From Desulfobulbaceae bacterium (GTDB lineage Bacteria > Desulfobacterota > Desulfobulbia > Desulfobulbales > Desulfobulbaceae): a stretch of 64,000 bases of DNA. The DNA is taken from assembly GCA_034007705.1 (NCBI GenBank), contig JAVEQK010000016.1, positions 5,893-69,892 of the forward strand, in the 5' to 3' direction. Below are positions 18,781 to 27,792 of the stretch, one piece after another (positions within the stretch are counted from its first letter, which is position 1; the number at the start of each line of letters is the position of its first letter). The position numbers were made by a program, and so were the translations under genes. The notes under the pieces were generated by a model, which worked only from the letters and a program-made list of their open reading frames with translations, searched no databases and was not told the DNA's origin.

Positions 18781-20766
18781 ATGGGAATCGCCGCTGACAT
18801 AATCCTCATCGTGGTGGCCGCCCTGATCGGCGCCCTCATCGCCCAGAAGCTCAGGCAGCCCCTGATTCTCGGCTATATAGCCGCCGGCATTGTCATCGGT
18901 CCGCACAGCGGCGGCATCACCATCTCCGAGTTTCATGAAATTGAACTCCTGGCCGAGATCGGGGTGGCCCTGCTCCTCTTCGCCCTCGGGCTGGAATTTT
19001 CCCTGCGGGAACTCAAGCCGGTCTGGAAAATCGCCCTTATCGGCACCCCCATCCAGATTCTGTTGACCATGGCCTACGGCTATGGAATCGGCACGATGTT
19101 CGACTGGACCCCGATCCATGCCCTCTGGTTCGGCGCGCTCATCGCCTTGTCCAGCACGATGATCACCCTGAAGACACTCATGTCCCAGGGATGGATGGGC
19201 ACCCTGTCCAGCAGGGTGATGATCGGCATGCTGCTGGCCCAGGACCTGGCCGTGGTGCCGATGATGATCATCCTGCCGCAGCTCAGCGATCCGGCGGCCG
19301 GTCTGCCGCTGATCGGCATGGCGGTTGTCAAGTCGGTGGTTTTTCTGCTGTCGATGTTCTTTCTCGGCACCAGGATCCTGCCCCTGCTGCTCGGGTACAT
19401 TGCCCAGTGGAATTCACGGGAGCTCTTTATTCTTACCAATTTGGCCATAGGACTGGGCATCGGTTATGCCACGTATCTGTTCGGCCTCTCCTTCGCCTTT
19501 GGAGCCTTCATCGCCGGCATGGTCCTGAGCGAGTCCGATTACGGCCATCAGGCGCTGAGTGACATCATTCCCCTGCGGGACGTCTTCGGCCTGCTTTTTT
19601 TCACCTCGGTGGGCATGCTCCTGGACATCAACTTTCTGCTGGACAGTTGGAAGATGATTGTCATCCTGCTGCTGCTGGTCGCCCTGGGCAAGGGTGTTAT
19701 TTTCTCCCTCCTTGCCTGGCTGTTCCGGTACCGAAACATCATTCCCCTTGCCCTGGGTCTCGGCCTGTTCCAGGTCGGCGAGTTTTCCTTTGTCCTCGCC
19801 CGGGTGGGGCTGGAAACCAATTCCATCGATACCCGGATCTACTCCCTGATCCTGGCCACCTCCGTGATCAGCATGGTCATGACCCCGTTTGTGTCCGGCC
19901 TGGCCCCCCCGCTGTACCGGCTCAAACGCCATTTTTTCCAGCATGAACCGCTGCAGACCATCAATGTTCCCCAGAAAGGCCTGACCAATCATGTCGTCAT
20001 TGCCGGCGGAGGCAGGGTCGGCCAGCACATAGCCCAGGTCCTGCAGCAGCTGCATGTCCCCTTTGTCATCGTTGAACTCAATCACCAGAGGATGACCGAG
20101 TGCAAGGAGGCCGACTACCCCGTCATCTACGGCGACATGACGCAGCTGATCGTTCTTGATGCCGCGGAACTGGCCACGGCAAAGCAGCTGCTGATCACTC
20201 CGCCTTCGATTGTCGACGCCCGGGCCATTGTCCGCCACGCCCGGAAAATCAATCCAGGCCTCCAGATCGTGGCCAGGGCCGAAGGGGTGGAGCAAACCAG
20301 AACCTTGTATGAGGACGGCGTCTCCATGGTCGTTCTTCCTGAAATGGAAGCCGGATTGGAAATTGCCCGGCAGGCGCTGCTGGGTCTGCAGATCCCGGCC
20401 ACCCTGATCCAGGAATATACCGATATGGTCCGGCAGGAGATGTACGAACCCCTTTTCTCCTCCCGGTATGACTACCGTCTGATCACCCAGCTCAACAGCG
20501 CCAAGAACCTGCTGGAAATCTCCTGGGTGGAGATAGAGCCCGAAAGTCCGTTGAACGGGCAGGCCATAAAGGATGCGGGGATCCGCACCCGCACCGGGGC
20601 AACCATCGTCGGTATTATCCGCCACGGGATCTTCCGGCCCAACCCCGACCCGGAGCACACCTTTTCGCCCGGCGACCTTGTTGCCATTGTCGGCAGTCCC
20701 AGGGAGCGGGACCTGTTCAGGGAGATAATGCTGGGCGGGACCGGACCGACGGAGGGAACAGGTTAA
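18781..20766 (+). CDS. Monovalent cation:proton antiporter (CPA2/Kef type) with TrkA-N and TrkA-C (RCK) domains
   Basis: About 12 TM helices in the N-terminal part. The Rossmann segment [15 protein letters not shown] marks TrkA-N, and the C-terminal [11 protein letters not shown]...PGDLVAIVG marks TrkA-C. Confidence 0.85.
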   Translation: MGIAADIILIVVAALIGALIAQKLRQPLILGYIAAGIVIGPHSGGITISEFHEIELLAEIGVALLLFALGLEFSLRELKPVWKIALIGTPIQILLTMAYGYGIGTMFDWTPIHALWFGALIALSSTMITLKTLMSQGWMGTLSSRVMIGMLLAQDLAVVPMMIILPQLSDPAAGLPLIGMAVVKSVVFLLSMFFLGTRILPLLLGYIAQWNSRELFILTNLAIGLGIGYATYLFGLSFAFGAFIAGMVLSESDYGHQALSDIIPLRDVFGLLFFTSVGMLLDINFLLDSWKMIVILLLLVALGKGVIFSLLAWLFRYRNIIPLALGLGLFQVGEFSFVLARVGLETNSIDTRIYSLILATSVISMVMTPFVSGLAPPLYRLKRHFFQHEPLQTINVPQKGLTNHVVIAGGGRVGQHIAQVLQQLHVPFVIVELNHQRMTECKEADYPVIYGDMTQLIVLDAAELATAKQLLITPPSIVDARAIVRHARKINPGLQIVARAEGVEQTRTLYEDGVSMVVLPEMEAGLEIARQALLGLQIPATLIQEYTDMVRQEMYEPLFSSRYDYRLITQLNSAKNLLEISWVEIEPESPLNGQAIKDAGIRTRTGATIVGIIRHGIFRPNPDPEHTFSPGDLVAIVGSPRERDLFREIMLGGTGPTEGTG

Positions 20767-22559
20767 AAGTAGTACCAGATCGTTTCGTAATCCTCCCCGT
20801 TCTCGCCGATCGCTTCCAGCCTGGCAAGGTAGTCAAGGATCGGTACGTCACGGCAGACATACGTTTTCATGGCGTGCGTTGAGATGTTTTTCTCCCACGG
20901 ATGAAATTCATACAATCTGCTGCCGTCCGGCAGAATCGATATAAGGTCCCGCAGACTGCTCGCCTTGAGGTAGTTCTTGCCCATGCCGGGCACATTGTAT
21001 ACGGCCTCGTCGGTTCTGGACAGGCCCGGCAGCAGCCGCGACTCCTCCCTTTGTTCCTGCAGGAGCCTGGCGATGGGAACCCGATAGGTTTCGGTCTCGT
21101 CTTTGCCCTTGGCGTTGAAGGTATAATAGGGATCGATCCCGACCTGGGTCAGCAGACGCCGCAGATACGCCGCTTCGAAGCGCCGCGAGACAAAAAAGGT
21201 ATACACCAGCTGATTGTACACCGGAATGCCCCGGGTCCTGAGCCGTTCCACGGCGGCGGCCAGGTCGGGATTCACCTCGTAGGAATGCTGAACATGGGTA
21301 ACAATCGACACCTGCCTCTTTGCCGGCTCCCTGTATTTCGCCAGGATGGAGACCAGTTCGTCGGTGAAGCGCATGGGCAGCGTCACCGGGGTTCTGGTGC
21401 CGATCCTGATCCGCTCCACCGACGGTATGGCCGCCACCAGGCCCAGGATCCTGTCCAGTTTCCGGTCGCCCATGGCCAGGGGGTCACCGCCGGTGATCAG
21501 TACCTCATGGATCGCCGGATGGTCACGAATCCAATCGACCGCCCTCTGAATCGCCTCGTCCGTGGCCATGGCCCCGGGCTGCATGGCGTCGTCAATTTCC
21601 CAGTTGCGCTGGCAATAGACGCAGATCTGGGGGCAGGTGTTGAACGGCTTGAAAATGCAGATCGAGGGGTACCGCCTTGTGACCAGGTCAACCGGGGAGG
21701 TCTCGGACTCCAGCATGAAATCCATGCACGCGCCCCTCTCTTTTGCCTCCAGCGTTTTCTGGACATAACTGCCCGGAGGGATCACCTGGGCCCGGATTGC
21801 CCGGTCGCGCTCCCGGGTCGAATCGTCATCCATCAGCGAAAGATAGAACGGCGTAATGCCGAACGGCAGCCTGTGCCTGCGGGCGTCGGCGATGGCCTGC
21901 TTTTCTTCTTTCGACAGGGTGAGCATTCTGCCGATCTTCCCGGCATCGCGCAGGATATTGCCAACCTGCCATTTCCAGTCCGACCAGTTTTCCTCCGTTC
22001 CCCCCAGTACTTCCAGGATCCGCTCCCGCCTTTCGGCCCGGCGGCGCACACTTTCCGGTGACAGCCCCGACATGCTCTTATCCAGCCGCTGCCTCACCTC
22101 GGCATACAGCTGATCCAGCTGCCGGGACCTCTCCCGGGCCGCCTCCCTGTCCTTGAGGGGGCTCGGCACCAGATGGTGCTCATAGAAGGCCTTGCCCGGG
22201 CCCCGCCCCTGCAGGCCGAGGAAAAGATAGATCAGGTCGGCGTAAAAAGCCGGGGCAAGGTCCGGCCGGGGAACACCGCGGGCAATATCCATGATGGCCC
22301 GGGCCACGGAAAACTTCGCCTTGTCCTCGCTGCGCCTGGTCATCATCCGGACGAGAACCTTGGCGCAGTCGCGAACGCGCATGATCGAGCCGGCGCTGAA
22401 GGCATCGTATTCATCAAAGGTCTCGAACATCATGTCGTGCGCCAGACGGGCGAGATTTGACCGCAGCTCGTCGACCGATTTGGCCTGACGGGCGATGGTG
22501 CAGATTTCCGGCAGTTTTGATCTGAAATAATCGGGGTTGAACTTGGCGGGATCCATCAT
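20763..22559 (-). CDS. KamA-family radical SAM aminomutase-like protein with an N-terminal extension of about 185 aa
   Basis: [10 protein letters not shown] (CxxxCxxC). [10 protein letters not shown] and [10 protein letters not shown] match the KamA N-terminus but sit at about aa 190-240. Its stop codon overlaps the antiporter stop codon (convergent, 20763-20766). Confidence 0.8.
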   Translation of the reverse strand: MMDPAKFNPDYFRSKLPEICTIARQAKSVDELRSNLARLAHDMMFETFDEYDAFSAGSIMRVRDCAKVLVRMMTRRSEDKAKFSVARAIMDIARGVPRPDLAPAFYADLIYLFLGLQGRGPGKAFYEHHLVPSPLKDREAARERSRQLDQLYAEVRQRLDKSMSGLSPESVRRRAERRERILEVLGGTEENWSDWKWQVGNILRDAGKIGRMLTLSKEEKQAIADARRHRLPFGITPFYLSLMDDDSTRERDRAIRAQVIPPGSYVQKTLEAKERGACMDFMLESETSPVDLVTRRYPSICIFKPFNTCPQICVYCQRNWEIDDAMQPGAMATDEAIQRAVDWIRDHPAIHEVLITGGDPLAMGDRKLDRILGLVAAIPSVERIRIGTRTPVTLPMRFTDELVSILAKYREPAKRQVSIVTHVQHSYEVNPDLAAAVERLRTRGIPVYNQLVYTFFVSRRFEAAYLRRLLTQVGIDPYYTFNAKGKDETETYRVPIARLLQEQREESRLLPGLSRTDEAVYNVPGMGKNYLKASSLRDLISILPDGSRLYEFHPWEKNISTHAMKTYVCRDVPILDYLARLEAIGENGEDYETIWYYF

Positions 22560-22962
22560 AATGCACTTTCTTCAAATAGGTATTGCGCCGCCATGAGGTG
22601 CGGCAATGAACCACAATGTCGCCGATGCAGTCGGCTTTTCTTTTCCTGTCACAATGTGGGAGGATACAAACGGAGAACAAACCATGCCGGTTTGAACAGA
22701 CCGACATACAGTTAACCATGGATAACCCACCGCGTCAATACCTGCAGCTCCGTGGAATGGCCGTACGACGACGGGCCAAATTGGAAATGCCCGAGGATTC
22801 AGAGCATGTGCCAGGAGGGGAAACAGTGCTCTGAACCGCCCACCCCTGCCGCCGTTTCCGCAGTTTCCCCGCGCCGCGTGATTCATTTCCCGCTACGGCA
22901 GCGGCGAGCGGCTTTTCTTTGCTGTCCGGGCTTGACCCGGCCGCGCAGTCAGCCAGCTTCTT

Positions 22963-22978
22963 GTTACCAAACGGTAAC
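22963..22978. promoter_or_regulatory. Perfect palindrome GTTACC-AAAC-GGTAAC (putative enhancer/UAS site 1)
   Basis: Read directly. It lies about 100 bp upstream of the sigma-54 promoter at 23062. Confidence 0.55.
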
Positions 22979-22993
22979 GTCCGGGGCCGGATT

Positions 22994-23009
22994 GTTCCCA
23001 TCAGGTAAC
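22994..23009. promoter_or_regulatory. Palindrome variant GTTCCC-ATCA-GGTAAC (putative UAS site 2)
   Basis: 11/12 half-site positions match site 1. It is offset 31 bp from site 1. Confidence 0.45.
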
Positions 23010-23061
23010 ACCCGCTGTTCTTCAACAGGGCTAATATCTTGTTTTCACAAACATTGCATAC

Positions 23062-23077
23062 TGGCACATGTCTTGCT
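23062..23077 (+). promoter_or_regulatory. Sigma-54 (-24/-12) promoter TGGCAC-ATGTC-TTGCT
   Basis: Exact match to the TGGCAC-N5-TTGCW consensus with correct GG/GC spacing. It faces the kinase operon. Confidence 0.7.
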
Positions 23078-23168
23078 TCGGCAGGATTGGCGACCCCATG
23101 GACGGCTCCCCGCAGGAAGGGGACGGATCGGTTCACCCCCCTGTCCCTGCCGGAAACCATACCGATTC

Positions 23169-23184
23169 GTTACCATACGGTAGC
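23169..23184. promoter_or_regulatory. Palindrome variant GTTACC-ATAC-GGTAGC (site 3), abutting a sigma-70-like promoter
   Basis: 11/12 half-site match. It ends 8 bp before the -35 element at 23192. Confidence 0.45.
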
Positions 23185-23191
23185 AAAAAAA

Positions 23192-23220
23192 TTGTTTCCC
23201 GGGAAAATCGAGGATATAAT
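23192..23220 (+). promoter_or_regulatory. Sigma-70-like promoter TTGTTT-N17-TATAAT
   Basis: Perfect -10 hexamer, 17-nt spacer and a weak -35. It lies about 95 bp upstream of the kinase start. Confidence 0.45.
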
Positions 23221-23314
23221 AGGAAAACGGCAGTTGAGCGTGAACCCTGTGCTTCGCGCCGCCGCTCCACGGCGCGAATGCCGAATTGCCCTGGCGAGGC
23301 GGTGAGAATACCCC

Positions 23315-24898
23315 GTGAATCTGACCATCAAGTTCATTGTTGCCATCAGCGCCGTCATCCTGCTGTCCTACGGTTTTCTGCTGTACCAGACCTCGCATCT
23401 GCAGAATGAACTGGTCATGGAACAGGCCCGGCAGCAGACCCGCATCCTCTATAAACAGATCATTCTGACCCGCCAGTGGATATCCGACCACCAGGGATTG
23501 TTCCTGATCAAGACCGAAAAGGTGCTGGAAAACCCCTACCTGCACGAGGCCTCCATTAAAGCCGATGACGGGACCATTTTCGTCAAGCGCAACCCCGCCA
23601 TGGTGACCAGGGAACTGTCCGAATATGCGGCCCGGACAGGATTCTGCTGGTTTCGCATCATCAGTCTGAAACCGGTCAATCCCGCCAACACCCCGGATGA
23701 TTTCGAGCGGGCGGCCATGCTGCGCTTTGAGCAGGGGGTCCGGGAAGTCGATGCCGTCACCAACGGACCGGCCGGGAGGGTTCAACGTTATATCGCCCCG
23801 CTCATCGTCCAGGAGTCCTGTCTCGGATGCCATGCCGAACACGGCTATTCCTTAGGCGACATCCGCGGCGCCCTGAGCATCAGCGTTCCCCTGTCCTGGG
23901 CCGACAGTGTAATCCGGAAAAACAACACCACCATTTTCAAATATGCCTTTTTCTCTGTTTTCGCGGTCGCCCTGGCCCTCATCTATCTGTTCAACAAACT
24001 GGTGGCCCGGCGGATCGACCGGCTGTCCCAGGCCATGGAGAAGTATCCCGAGCAGGGATACAACGTCGCCGACGACAAGCACCTGTACAAGGACGAAATC
24101 GGCCGGCTGATCAAGGGGTTCGGTGATCTCTGCGAACGGCTTGAACGGGCCCAGACCGAACTGGACAAAACGATGCAGCAGGCGTTCTATAACGAAAAAA
24201 TGGCCTCCCTGGGGCAACTGACCGCCGGCATCGCCCATGAAATCAACAATCCGCTCGGAGGGCTGCTCAACTGCGTCAAGACCATGCGGGAGGAGCCCGA
24301 CAACCTGGAACTGCACATGCGCTATCTGCCCCTGCTGGAAAAGGGACTCCGCCGCATCGAGCATATCATGCGCCAGCTCCTGAACTTCGGCAGAAAAGCA
24401 CCGTTGAACATGAGCAAGGTCGATATTGACGACATCGTCCGGGAATGCTGTGAACTGCTCGAATACCGGCTGAAAAACATCTCCCTGTCCCTGGACCTGC
24501 AGCTCCGGGAGCTCTATTGCATCGATGTGGAAGCCCTGCGCCAGATTATCGTCAACACCACCCTCAATGCAATCCAGGCCATGCCCGACGGCGGCAGCCT
24601 GACCGTCGCCACCGGGCGGCGGGGCATCCAGATCTTCATAGAGGTACGCGACACCGGGACGGGCATCGATCCGGCCCTCATGGACAAAATTTTCGATCCC
24701 TTCTTCACCACCAAGGAAGTGGGGGAGGGAACCGGCCTGGGACTGGCGGTCACCTATTCGCTCGTCAAGCAGATGCAAGGCAACATCGCGGTGGAGAGCG
24801 AACCGGGCAGAGGTTCGCTGTTCACGATCACGCTGCCGGCCACCCAGGACTGCGTCATTCTCCCGCACCGGTCCGAACCGGAACCAGACAAGGAATAA
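23315..24898 (+). CDS. Sensor histidine kinase with a periplasmic Tll0287-like (DUF3365) domain carrying a single CXXCH haem-c motif, plus HAMP, HisKA and HATPase domains
   Basis: GTG start. TM1 is IVAISAVILLSYGFLL. The periplasmic domain ends with QESCLGCHAEHGYSLGDIRGALSISVP, followed by TM2. H-box AHEINNPLGG. N, G1 and G2 boxes (DTGTGI, GTGLGLAV). Confidence 0.85.
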   Translation: MNLTIKFIVAISAVILLSYGFLLYQTSHLQNELVMEQARQQTRILYKQIILTRQWISDHQGLFLIKTEKVLENPYLHEASIKADDGTIFVKRNPAMVTRELSEYAARTGFCWFRIISLKPVNPANTPDDFERAAMLRFEQGVREVDAVTNGPAGRVQRYIAPLIVQESCLGCHAEHGYSLGDIRGALSISVPLSWADSVIRKNNTTIFKYAFFSVFAVALALIYLFNKLVARRIDRLSQAMEKYPEQGYNVADDKHLYKDEIGRLIKGFGDLCERLERAQTELDKTMQQAFYNEKMASLGQLTAGIAHEINNPLGGLLNCVKTMREEPDNLELHMRYLPLLEKGLRRIEHIMRQLLNFGRKAPLNMSKVDIDDIVRECCELLEYRLKNISLSLDLQLRELYCIDVEALRQIIVNTTLNAIQAMPDGGSLTVATGRRGIQIFIEVRDTGTGIDPALMDKIFDPFFTTKEVGEGTGLGLAVTYSLVKQMQGNIAVESEPGRGSLFTITLPATQDCVILPHRSEPEPDKE

Positions 24899-24901
24899 CT
24901 C

Positions 24902-26245
24902 ATGGCAAGAATACTGCTTGTTGAAGACGACGATATAATGAGGATTACCATCCAGGACCGGCTGGAAAGGCACGAACTGGATGTCGACGCGGTCGAGAAC
25001 GGCCTGAGGGCGATCGACCGCCTGAAAAAGAACAACTACCATCTGGTCATTTCCGATATCCGCATGCCGGGGATCAGCGGTCTGGAACTGCTGGAGACCG
25101 TCCGCCAGGAGGCCCCCTATACGGACATCATCATGATGACCGCCTACGGCAGCGTCGACGACGCGATCGGGTGCATGACCAAAGGGGCTGCCGACTACAT
25201 CCTCAAACCCTTCAACATGGACGACCTCATCATCCGGGTCAGCAGAATCCTGGAAATGCAGACGATGAAAGCCCGCTTTTCATCCCTGCAGGAGAGCTGC
25301 CGCGAGATGCAGAAGGACATGATCGGCGACAGCCGGGCCATGCAGATGGTCCACGACCTCATCAACCAGGTGGCGCCGACCGATTCCACCATCCTCATCA
25401 CGGGCGAATCGGGAACAGGCAAGGAGCTGGCGGCGGCCGGCATTCACAGGAAAAGCAGAAGGGCCGACAAGCCGTTTGTCCGCATCAACTGCGCCGCCAT
25501 CCCCGAAGGGTTGATGGAATCGGAACTGTTCGGCCACGAAAAAGGGGCCTTTACCGGGGCGCACGCCCGCAAACCCGGCAAATTCGAACTGGCTGACGGC
25601 GGCACCATGCTGCTGGATGAAATCGGCGAACTGCCGCTGCCCCTGCAGGCGAAGCTTCTCAGGGTCCTCCAGGAAAGTTCGTATGAACGGGTCGGCGGCA
25701 CCGGCACGGTCCGCGTCGATGTCCGCATCCTCTGCGCCACCGCCAAGAACCTGGAAGAGGAAGTGCGGCGGGGAAATTTCCGCCAGGACCTGTATTACCG
25801 GCTCAACGTCATTCCCCTTGTCATGCCGCCGCTGCGGGACCGGAAAGAGGACATCCCGGCCCTGACCAACCATTTTCTGCATGAATTCAGCATCAAGCGC
25901 GGGATTGCCCTGGGAATACGCCAGGACGCCATGCAGCTCCTGATCGACTACGCCTATCCCGGCAATGTCCGGGAACTGCGCAATATCATTGAACGGGCCT
26001 CGGTCCTGGCCCCGGAGGCGGTCATTACCGTCAAAGACCTGCCTGCCGATCTGTCTCCTGCCGGAAAATTCGAGGCACCGGAAACCCACTGCACCCTTGC
26101 CGAGGCCCTTGCCCGGGCTGAAAAAGAGCTGGTGCTGAAAGCGCTGGCCAGGGTGCAGGGCCGAAGAGCCGAAGCAGCCGATCTGCTCGGCATCAGCAGA
26201 AAAAACCTGTGGGAAAAAATGAAGCTGCACGGCATTGCGCTCTGA
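24902..26245 (+). CDS. Sigma-54-dependent response regulator (NtrC family enhancer-binding protein)
   Basis: Receiver domain (DIRMPGISG), AAA+ Walker A GESGTGKE, ESELFGHEKGAFTGA (GAFTGA loop) and a C-terminal Fis-type HTH (AADLLGISRKNLWEKMK). Confidence 0.9.
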   Translation: MARILLVEDDDIMRITIQDRLERHELDVDAVENGLRAIDRLKKNNYHLVISDIRMPGISGLELLETVRQEAPYTDIIMMTAYGSVDDAIGCMTKGAADYILKPFNMDDLIIRVSRILEMQTMKARFSSLQESCREMQKDMIGDSRAMQMVHDLINQVAPTDSTILITGESGTGKELAAAGIHRKSRRADKPFVRINCAAIPEGLMESELFGHEKGAFTGAHARKPGKFELADGGTMLLDEIGELPLPLQAKLLRVLQESSYERVGGTGTVRVDVRILCATAKNLEEEVRRGNFRQDLYYRLNVIPLVMPPLRDRKEDIPALTNHFLHEFSIKRGIALGIRQDAMQLLIDYAYPGNVRELRNIIERASVLAPEAVITVKDLPADLSPAGKFEAPETHCTLAEALARAEKELVLKALARVQGRRAEAADLLGISRKNLWEKMKLHGIAL

Positions 26246-26294
26246 GGCCGCTGCCGGGCATTTATTTTCCAACTTTACATGGGGAGGAGAAATC

Positions 26295-27593
26295 ATGCGC
26301 ATGAAATTGATGGTCCTGGGAATGGCCGCGGCAATCCTCGGGTTTGCCGGCACGGCTGCGGCAGCCGATCCCTGCGTTGACTGCCACAACACGATTTCAC
26401 CCGGTCAGGTCCGGGACTGGCAGGTCAGCAAACATTCCGAAAATGATGTGACCTGCTCCACCTGTCACGGCGACCTCCACACAAAGGCGGAAGACGCCAT
26501 GCTGGCGGAGCTGCCCGATGAAAAAGTGTGTGCCGGATGCCATGAAGAACAGTTCAATCAGTTTGGCCGCGGCAAACACAACTTCGGCTGGACATCCCTG
26601 AATGCGATTCCGGCAACCCACTTCGCCCCTGATGAGCTCATCGAGGGCGGCAGGGGGTGCGGCGGGTGCCATAACATGGGCATCAAGACCGAAGAACAGA
26701 AAAAGGAGCTCCGCGACAAGGGGTACCGCTACCAGAGCAACTCGTGCGACGAGTGCCACACCCGGCACGCCTTTTCCAAGAAAGAAGCCCTGAATCCCAG
26801 GGCCTGCCAGCAGTGCCACATGGGCTACGACCATCCGCAGTGGGAAATGTGGTCCAGCTCCAAGCACGGGGCCCGGTATTACATCCGGAAGGAAGGGGAC
26901 CTGCCGGCTGAGGCGGCCGGCCCGAGCTGCCAGAACTGCCATATGCCGGACGGCGATCATGAAAACCGGACGGCCTGGGGCTTTCTCGGCGTACGGCTGC
27001 CCCTGCCCGAGGACAAGCAGGCCGCGGACGACCGGGTGACCATTCTCAAGGCCCTCGGGGTCCTGAATCCCGAGACCGGCGAGCCCACCCCGATCCTCGA
27101 TGCGGTCAAGGCCGTGGACATGGTCCGGCTGGATCAGGAATCCTGGGAAAAGGAACGAAGCAAGATGATCAAGACCTGCACCGGCTGCCACTCGGAAAAA
27201 TACGCCCGCGAGCAGCTGGCCATGGGCGACGCCATCCTGCAGAAGTCCGACCGGCTGATGGCCGACGCCATTGAAACCGTCGCCGCCCTCTACCGGGAGG
27301 GCATCATTGCAAAACCGGAAGGATACCCCTTCAACTATCCGTTCCTGCTGGCCTTCATGCACACCAACGGCGCCAACTGGAATGAAAAGCTGGACGACCT
27401 GTCCTTTATCGACCAGGTCCTGGTGCAGATGTACATGAAGCACCGTATGCGCGCCTACCAGGCCTTTTTCCACGTCAATCCGGATTACGCCTACTGGTAC
27501 GGCTGGAATGAAATGACCAAGGATCTCGGAGAAATCAAGGAGCTGGCGAGGACCATGCGGGCGACGCACGCACCGCAGGATAAACCCCAATAA
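26295..27593 (+). CDS. Octahaem c-type cytochrome, hydroxylamine oxidoreductase (HAO) family, exported (paralogue 1)
   Basis: Eight CXXCH motifs (CVDCH, CSTCH, CAGCH, CGGCH, CDECH, CQQCH, CQNCH, CTGCH). HAO-type core CHTRHAFS...CQQCHMGYDHPQWEMWSSSKHG and C-terminal NPDYAYWYGW. Sec signal MRMKLMVLGMAAAILGFAGTAAAA. RBS GGAGGAG. The track ORF starts upstream at 26235. Confidence 0.85.
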   Translation: MRMKLMVLGMAAAILGFAGTAAAADPCVDCHNTISPGQVRDWQVSKHSENDVTCSTCHGDLHTKAEDAMLAELPDEKVCAGCHEEQFNQFGRGKHNFGWTSLNAIPATHFAPDELIEGGRGCGGCHNMGIKTEEQKKELRDKGYRYQSNSCDECHTRHAFSKKEALNPRACQQCHMGYDHPQWEMWSSSKHGARYYIRKEGDLPAEAAGPSCQNCHMPDGDHENRTAWGFLGVRLPLPEDKQAADDRVTILKALGVLNPETGEPTPILDAVKAVDMVRLDQESWEKERSKMIKTCTGCHSEKYAREQLAMGDAILQKSDRLMADAIETVAALYREGIIAKPEGYPFNYPFLLAFMHTNGANWNEKLDDLSFIDQVLVQMYMKHRMRAYQAFFHVNPDYAYWYGWNEMTKDLGEIKELARTMRATHAPQDKPQ

Positions 27594-27659
27594 AGAACAG
27601 GCCTGGAAACCGGGCGGGTTCGGCCGGCGATCATTCTGACCGACTCACCTGCCCTGCAA

Positions 27660-27685
27660 GGGGACCCATTGCGGGTCCCCTTTTT
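27660..27685 (+). terminator. Intrinsic terminator after the octahaem gene
   Basis: GGGGACCC-ATTGC-GGGTCCCC followed by TTTTT. Confidence 0.75.
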
Positions 27686-27792
27686 CGTTGCCTCCGCACC
27701 GCCTCACTTTCCTGATTCCGCAACGGCGGCACGAATCATCATACCCCCTCCGAATCCGGTTCCGCCTGCCGGACGAATCGGACAGCCACCGG

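Noticed and set aside
22798-22813. Minus-strand CTGGCACATGCTCTGAA upstream of the KamA-like gene, a possible third sigma-54 promoter.
   Set aside because: The -24 TGGCAC is perfect, but the -12 position reads CTGA instead of TTGC, so there is no GC at the required spacing.
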